From Eledone cirrhosa (Eukaryota): a stretch of DNA of 64,000 nt. The position numbers were made by a program, and so were the translations under genes. This document shows positions 62,601 through 64,000 of this stretch, piece after piece. The notes below the pieces were generated by a model. The model made no database searches. It was not told the DNA's origin and saw only the letters and a list, made by a program, of their open reading frames with translations. Location: the NCBI GenBank assembly GCA_964016885.1, contig OZ024744.1:114948001-115012000 (forward strand), read 5' to 3'. Numbering within the stretch: position 1 is the first letter of the stretch; every line of letters starts with the position of its first letter.

Positions 62601-64000
62601 GTTGCTGCTGCGGTTGGTGTTGTCATCATTTCTGTTGTCTGAGTTGTCGCTGTTGCTGCTGCGGTTGGTGTTGTCATCATTTCTGTTGTCTGTCTTGTCG
62701 CTGTTGCTGCTGCGGTTGGTGTTGTCATAATTTCTGTTGTCTGACCTGTCGCTGTTGCTGCTGCGGTTGGTGTTGTCATCATTTCTGTTGTCTGTCTTGT
62801 CGCTGTTGCTGCTGCGGTTGGTGTTGTCATCGTTTCTGTTGTCTGTCTTGTCGCTGTTGCTGCTGCGGTTGGTGTTGTCATCATTTCTGTTGTCTGACTT
62901 GTCGCTGTTGCTGCTGCGGTTGGTGTTGTCATCATTTCTGTTGTCTGACTTGTCGCTGTTGCTGCTGCGGTTGGTGTTGTCATCGTTTCTGTTGTCTGAC
63001 CTGTCGCTGTTGCTGCTGCGGTTGGTGTTGTCATAATTTCTGTTGTCTGTCTTGTCGCTGTTGCTGCTGCGGTTGGTGTTGTCATCGTTTCTGTTGTCTG
63101 ACCTGTCGCTGTTGCTGCTGCGGTTGGTGTTGTCATCATTTCTGTTGTCTGTCTTGTCGCTGTTGCTGCTGCGGTTGGTGTTGTCATCGTTTCTGTTGTC
63201 TGACTTGTCGCTTTTGCTGCTGCGGTTGGTGTTGTCATCATTTCTGTTGTCTGACTTGTCGCTGTTGCTGCTGCGGTTGGTGTTGTCATCATTTCTGTTG
63301 TCTGACTTGTCGCTGTTGCTGCTGCGGTTGGTGTTGTCATCATTTCTGTTGTCTGACCTGTCGCTGTTGCTGCTGCGGTTGGTGTTGTCATAATTTCTGT
63401 TGTCTGTCTTGTCGCTGTTGCTGCTGCGGTTGGTGTTGTCATCGTTTCTGTTGTCTGTCTTGTCGCTGTTGCTGCTGCGGTTGGTGTTGTCATCGTTTCT
63501 GTTGTCTGACCTGTCGCTGTTGCTGCTGCGGTTGGTGTTGTCATCATTTCTGTTGTCTGTCTTGTCGCTGTTGCTGCTGCGGTTGGTGTTGTCATCGTTT
63601 CTGTTGTCTGACTTGTCGCTGTTGCTGCTGCGGTTGGTGTTGTCATCGTTTCTGTTGTCTGACTTGTCGCTGTTGCTGCTGCGGTTGGTGTTGTCATCAT
63701 TTCTGTTGTCTGACTTGTCGCTGTTGTTGCTGCGGTTGGTGTTGTCATCATTTCTGTTGTCTGACTTGTCGCTGTTGCTGCTGCGGTTGGTGTTGTCATC
63801 ATTTCTGTTGTCTGACTTGTCGCTGTTGTTGCTGCGGTTGGTGTTGTCATCATTTCTGTTGTCTGACCTGTCGCTGTTGCTGCTGCGGTTGGTGTTGTCA
63901 TTGTTTCTGTTGTCTGACTTGTCGCTGTTGCTGCTGCGGTTGGTGTTGTCATCGTTTCTGTTGTCTGACTTGTCGCTGTTGCTGCTGCGGTTGGTGTTGT
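47696..64000 (-). CDS. Putative mucin-like PTS (Thr/Ala/Met-rich) repeat domain, segment 1; open to the right window edge, ends at TAG 47696-47698
   Basis: ORF track 47696..63952 (5418 aa); the frame stays open to 64000. The 17-aa repeat M(M/T)TTPTAAATAT(S/R/G/T)QTTE has S+T at about 47-53% plus Pro, typical of O-glycosylated mucin VNTR domains. No non-repeat domain is visible, so the product call rests on composition only. Confidence 0.5.
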   Translation of the reverse strand, partial: TTPTAAATATSQTTETMTTPTAAATATSQTTETMTTPTAAATATGQTTEMMTTPTAATTATSQTTEMMTTPTAAATATSQTTEMMTTPTAATTATSQTTEMMTTPTAAATATSQTTETMTTPTAAATATSQTTETMTTPTAAATATRQTTEMMTTPTAAATATGQTTETMTTPTAAATATRQTTETMTTPTAAATATRQTTEIMTTPTAAATATGQTTEMMTTPTAAATATSQTTEMMTTPTAAATATSQTTEMMTTPTAAAKATSQTTETMTTPTAAATATRQTTEMMTTPTAAATATGQTTETMTTPTAAATATRQTTEIMTTPTAAATATGQTTETMTTPTAAATATSQTTEMMTTPTAAATATSQTTEMMTTPTAAATATRQTTETMTTPTAAATATRQTTEMMTTPTAAATATGQTTEIMTTPTAAATATRQTTEMMTTPTAAATATTQTTEMMTTPTAAATATSQTTETMTTPTAAATATSQTTEMMTTPTAAATATGQTTEMMTTPTAAATATRQTTEMMTTPTAAATATSQTTETMTTPTAAATATSQTTEMMTTPTAAATATRQTTEMMTTPTTAATATGQTTETMTTPTAAATATSQTTETMTTPTTAATATRQTTETMTTPTAAATATGQTTEMMTTPTAAATATSQTTEMMTTPTAAATATSQTTEMMTTPTAAATATSQTTETMTTPTAAATATSQTTEMMTTPTAAATATSQTTEMMTTPTAAATATSQTTEMMTTPTAAATATGQTTETMTTPTAAATATSQTTEMMTTPTAAATATSQTTEMMTTPTAAATATRRTTEMMTTPTAAATATSQTIEMMTTPTAAATATSQTTEMMTTPTAAATATSQTTEMMTTPTAAATATSQTTEMMTTPTAAVTATTQTTEMMTTPTAAATATRQTTEMMTTPTAAATATRQTTEMMTTPTAAATATSQTTEMMTTPTAATTATGQTTETMTTPTTAATATSQTTEMMTTPTAATTATGQTTETMTTPTTAATATSQTTEMMTTPTAATTATGQTTETMTTPTAAATGTSQTTEMMTTPTAATTATGQTTETMTTPTTAATATSQTTEMMTTPTAATTATGQTTETMTTPTAAATATSQTTEMMTTPTAATTATGQTTETMTTPTTAATATGQTTEMMTTPTAAATATSQTTEMMTTPTAAATATSQTTEMMTTPTAAATATSQTTEMMTTPTAAATATRQTTETMTTPTAAATATSQTTEMMTTPTAAATATRQTTETMTTPTAAATATVQTTEMMTTPTAAATATSQTTEMMTTPTAAATATSQTTEMMTTPTAAATATSQTTETMTTPTAAATATSQTTEMMTTPTAAATATSQTTETMTTPTAAATATSQTTETMTTPTAAATATRQTTEMMTTPTTAATATRQTTEMMTTPTASATATSQTTETMTTPTAAATATGQTTETMTTPTTAATATSQTTEMMTTPTAAATATSQPTEMMTTPTAAATATSQTTEMMTTPTTAATATRQTTETMTTPTAAATATSQTTETMTTPTAAATATSQTTEMMTTPTAAATATSQTTEMMTTPTAAATATSQTTEMTTTPTAAATATSQTTEMMTTPTEAATATSQTTETMTTPTAAATATRQTTETMTTPTAAATATSQTTETMTTPTAAATATSQTTETMTTPTAAATATSQTTEMMTIPTAAATATSQTTEMMTTPTAAATATSQTTEMMTTPTAAATATSQTTEMTTTPTAAATATSQTTEMMTTPTAAATATSQTTEMTTTPTAAATATSQTTEMMTTPTAAATATSQTTETMTTPTAAATATSQTTEMMTTPTAAATATSQTTEMMTTPTAAATATSQTTEMMTTPTAAATATSQTTEMMTTPTAAATATRQTTEMMTTPTAAVTATSQTTEMMTTPTAAATATTQTTEMMTTPTAAATATRQTTEMMTTPTAAATATRQTTEMMTTPTAAATATRQTTEMMTTPTAAATATRQTTEMMTTPTAAATATRQTTEMMTTPTAAATATRQTTEMMTTPTAAATATSQTTEMMTTPTAATTATGQTTETMTTPTTAATATSQTTEMMTTPTAAATATSQTTEMMTTPTAAATATSQTTEMMTTPTTAATATRQTTETMTTPTAAATATRQTTEMMTTPTAAATATGQTTETMTTPTAAATATSQTTETMTTPTAAATATRQTTETMTTPTAAATATSQTTEMMTTPTAAATVTSQTTETMTTPTAAATATSQTTEMMTTPTAAATATSQTTETMTTPTAAATATSQTTEMMTTPTAAATATSQTTEMTTTPTAAATATRQTTEMMTTPTAAATATSQTTETMTTPTAAATATRQTTEMMTTPTAAATATRQTTETMTTPTAAATATSQTTETMTTPTAAAIATSQTTEMMTIPTAAATATSQTTEMMTTPTAAATATSQTTEMMTTPTAAATATSQTTEMTTTPTAAATATSQTTEMMTTPTAAATVTSQTTEMTTTPTAAATATSQTTEMMTTPTAAATATSQTTETMTTPTAAATATTQTTEMMTTPTAAATATSQTTEMMTTPTAAATATRQTTEMMTTPTAAVTATSQTTEMMTTPTAAATATSQTTEMMTTPTAAATATSQTTEMMTTPTAAATATSQTTEMMTTPTAAATATSQTTEMMTTPTAAATATSQTTEMMTTPTAAATATRQTTEMMTTPTAAVTATSQTIEMMTTPTAAATATSHTTEMMTTPTAAATATSQTTEMMTTPIAAATATSQTTEMMTTPTAAATATSQTTEMTTTPTAAATATRQTTETMTTPTAAATATSQTTEMTTTPTAAATATSQTTETMTTPTAAATATSQTTEMMTTPTAAATATSQTTEMMTTPTAAATATGQTTEMMTTPTAAATATSQTTEMMTTPTAAATATRQTTETMTTPTAAATATSQTTEMTTTPTAAATATSQTTETMTTPTAAATATRQTTEMMTTPTAAATATSQTTEMMTTPTAAATATSQTTEMMTTPTAAATATSQTTETMTTPTAAATATSQTTEMTTTPTAAATATSQTTETMTTPTAAATATRQTTEMMTTPTAAATATSQTTEMMTTPTAAATATSQTTEMMTTPTAAATATSQTTEMMTTPTAAATATGQTTETMTTPTAAATATSQTTEMMTTPTAAATATRQTTETMTTPTAAATATSQTTEMTTTPTAAATATSQTTETMTTPTAAATATRQTTEMMTTPTAAATATSQTTEMMTTPTAAATATSQTTEMMTTPTAAATATSQTTETMTTPTAAATATSQTTEMMTTPTAAATATSQTTEMMTTPTAAATATSQTTEMMTTPTAAATATSQTTETMTTPTAAATATSQTTEMMTTPTAAVTVTSQTTEMMTTPTAAATATRQTTEMMTTPTAAVTATSQTTEMMTTPTAAVTATSHTTEMMTTPTAAATATSQTTEMMTTPTAAATATSQTTEMMTTPTAAATATSQTTEMMTTPTAAATATSQTTETMTTPTAAATATSQTTEMMTTPTAAATATRQTTEMMTTPTAAATATSQTTETMTTPTAAATATSQTTETMTTPTAAATATSQTTEMMTTPTAAATATSQTTETMTTPTAAATATSQTTEMMTTPTAAATATSQTTETMTTPTTAATATGQTTETMTTPTAAATATSQTTEMMTTPTAAATATSQTTETMTTPTTAATATGQTTEMMTTPTAAATATSQTTEMMTTPTAAATATSQTTEMMTTPTAAATATRQTTEMMTTPTAAATATSQTTETMTTPTAAATATSQTTEMMTTPTAAATATRQTTETMTTPTAAATATGQTTEMMTTPTAAATATSQTTEMMTIPTASATATSQTTEMMTTPTAAATATSQTTETMTTPTAAATATSQTTEMKTTPTAAATATSQTTEMMTTPTAAATATSQTTEMMTTPTAAATATSQTTETMTTPTAAATATRQTTEMMTTPTAAATATRQTTEMMTTPTAAATATGQTTETMTTPTAAATATSQTTETMTTPTAAATATSQTTETMTTPTAAATATSQTTEMMTTPTAAATATSQTTEMMTTPTAAATATSQTTEMMTTPTAAATATSQTTEMMTTPTAAATATRQTTETMTTPTAAATATSQTTEMMTTPTAAATATSQTTEMMTTPTAAATATRQTTETMTTPTAAATATSQTTETMTTPTAAATATSQTTEMMTTPTAAATATSQTTEMMTTPTAATTATSQTTEMTTTPTAAATATGQTTETMTTPTAAATATSQTTEMMTTPTAAATATRQTTETMTTPTAASTATSQTTETMATPTAAATATSQTTEMMTTPTAAATATGQTTEMMTTPTAAATATTQTTETMTTPTAAATATSQTTETMTTPTAAATATSQTTETMTTPTAAATATSQTTEMMTTPTAAATATSQTTETMTTPTAAATATSQTTEMMTTPTAATTATSQTTEMTTTPATAATATSQTTEMMTTPTAAATATSQTTETMTTPTAAATATSQTTEMMTTPTTAATATSQTTEMTTTPTTAATATSQTTEMMTTPTAAATATSQTTETMTTPTAAATATSQTTEMMTTPTTAATATSQTTEMMTTPTAAATATTQTTETMTTPTAAATATSQTTETMTTPTAAATATSQTTEMMTTPTAAATATRQTTEMMTTPTAAVTATSQTTEMMTTPTAAATATSHTTEMMTTPTAAATATSQTTEMMTTPTAAATATSQTTEMMTTPTAAATATSQTTEMMTTPTAAATATSQTTEMMTTPTAAATATSQTTEMMTTPTAAATATRQTTEMMTTPTAAVTATSQTTEMMTTPTAAATATSHTTEMMTTPTAAATATSQTTEMMTTPTAAATATSQTTEMMTTPTAAATATSQTTEMTTTPTAAATATRQTTETMTTPTAAATATSQTTEMTTTPTAAATATSQTTETMTTPTAAATATRQTTEMMTTPTAAATATRQTTETMTTPTAAATATRQTTEMMTTLTAAATATSQTTEMMTTPTAAATATSQTTETMTTPTAAATATSQTTETMTTPTAAATATSQTTEMMTTPTAAATATSQTTEMMTTPTAAATATSQTTEMMTTPTAAATATSQTTETMTTPTAAATATSQTTEMMTTPTAAVTATSQTTEMMTTPTAAATATRQTTEMMTTPTAAVTATSQTTEMMTTPTAAATVTSQTTEMMTTPTAAATATSQTTEMMTTPTAAVTATSQTTEMMTTPTAAATATRQTTEMMTTPTAAVTATSQTTEMMTTPTAAVTATSQTTEMMTTPTAAATATSQTTEMMTTPTAAATATSQTTEMMTTPTAAATATSQTTEMMTTPTAAATATSQTTETMTTPTAAATATSQTTEMMTTPTAAATATRQTTEMMTTPTAAATATSQTTETMTTPTAAATATSQTTETMTTPTAAATATSQTTEMMTTPTAAATATSQTTETMTTPTTAATATG
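60540..61150. repeat. Dimeric (102-bp) higher-order repeat, about 6 copies
   Basis: Alternating units: one with tcattg + gacctg + ttgttg variants, one near-consensus often with tgg. The translation repeats TAATTATGQTTETMTTPT(T/A)AATATSQTTEMMTTP. Confidence 0.85.

Larger units (their letters stand above)
1..64000. repeat. Giant 51-bp tandem repeat (minisatellite/VNTR array), about 1,255 units, truncated at both window edges
   Basis: The unit TTGTCATCATTTCTGTTGTCTGACTTGTCGCTGTTGCTGCTGCGGTTGGTG recurs head-to-tail from base 1 to 64000, usually with 0-3 substitutions per unit. Only four indels seen (three 1-bp, one 6-bp). (64000+9)/51 is about 1,255. Confidence 0.99.
1..64000 (-). other. Alternative start-less open frame encoding the Asp/Asn/Ser-rich 17-mer DDNTNRSSNSDKSDNRN
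   Basis: The reverse complement of the unit reads GAT GAC AAC ACC AAC CGC AGC AGC AAC AGC GAC AAG TCA GAC AAC AGA AAT. It has no ATG/GTG/TTG, so the track omits it. The only stops found are AGA>TGA at 15050-15052 and 58806-58808. Confidence 0.3.

Noticed and set aside
250-62730. Huge Leu-rich + strand ORFs (LSSFLLSDLSLLLLRLV)n, up to 7,222 aa
   Set aside because: Antisense shadow of a strand with only 3 A per unit. It is about 60% Leu with no loops, is not an LRR consensus, and carries about a dozen stops, several of them amplified by duplication (e.g. 18957/19212 and the tcataa clusters).
1-64000. CRISPR array
   Set aside because: Units are directly adjacent with no unique spacers, and no cas genes or leader are present.
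1-64000. Antifreeze glycoprotein gene
   Set aside because: TAAATAT resembles the Thr-Ala-Ala motif, but the strict (Thr-Ala/Pro-Ala)n tripeptide periodicity is absent, and the unit contains M, Q, E and S.
1-64000. Bacterial serine-rich or SD-repeat adhesin (SRRP/Sdr)
   Set aside because: No SX dipeptide periodicity, no visible LPXTG or signal region, and the CpG-decay pattern favours a eukaryote. It cannot be formally excluded without flanks.
1-64000. Telomeric repeat or G-quadruplex array (TG-rich strand, GGTTGGTG)
   Set aside because: Only two GG dinucleotides per 51 bp and no GGG runs. Heritable unit variants and HORs indicate recombination-based rather than telomerase-templated synthesis.
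1-64000. Pure assembly or synthetic artefact
   Set aside because: Nested duplications with diverging copies and a biologically coherent mutation spectrum argue for a real array, although exact copy number and single-base defects may contain errors.

Overview
The whole 64 kb window is one uninterrupted tandem array of a 51-bp unit (about 1,255 copies; both ends lie outside the window). The + strand consensus is TTGTCATCATTTCTGTTGTCTGACTTGTCGCTGTTGCTGCTGCGGTTGGTG (about 49% GC; per unit 23 T, 15 G, 10 C, 3 A). I saw no unique sequence, RNA gene, mobile element or CRISPR spacer. On the - strand the unit encodes a mucin-like Thr/Ala/Met-rich 17-mer (MMTTPTAAATATSQTTE). This fits the PTS/VNTR exon of a giant mucin-type glycoprotein, but the frame carries 3 TAG stops and 3 single-T deletions, so coding status is unproven. 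A second - strand frame, absent from the ORF track because it has no start codon, is equally open (DDNTNRSSNSDKSDNRN; 2 stops seen). It fuses with the mucin frame at the frameshifts to give stop-free stretches of about 29 and 31 kb. The variant spectrum is enriched in CpG-decay products, which suggests a CpG-methylating eukaryotic host. Rare variants reveal nested higher-order duplications of 2 to about 120 units. The Leu-rich and Cys-rich + strand ORFs are most likely shadows of the repeat. The organism and gene cannot be identified from this window.
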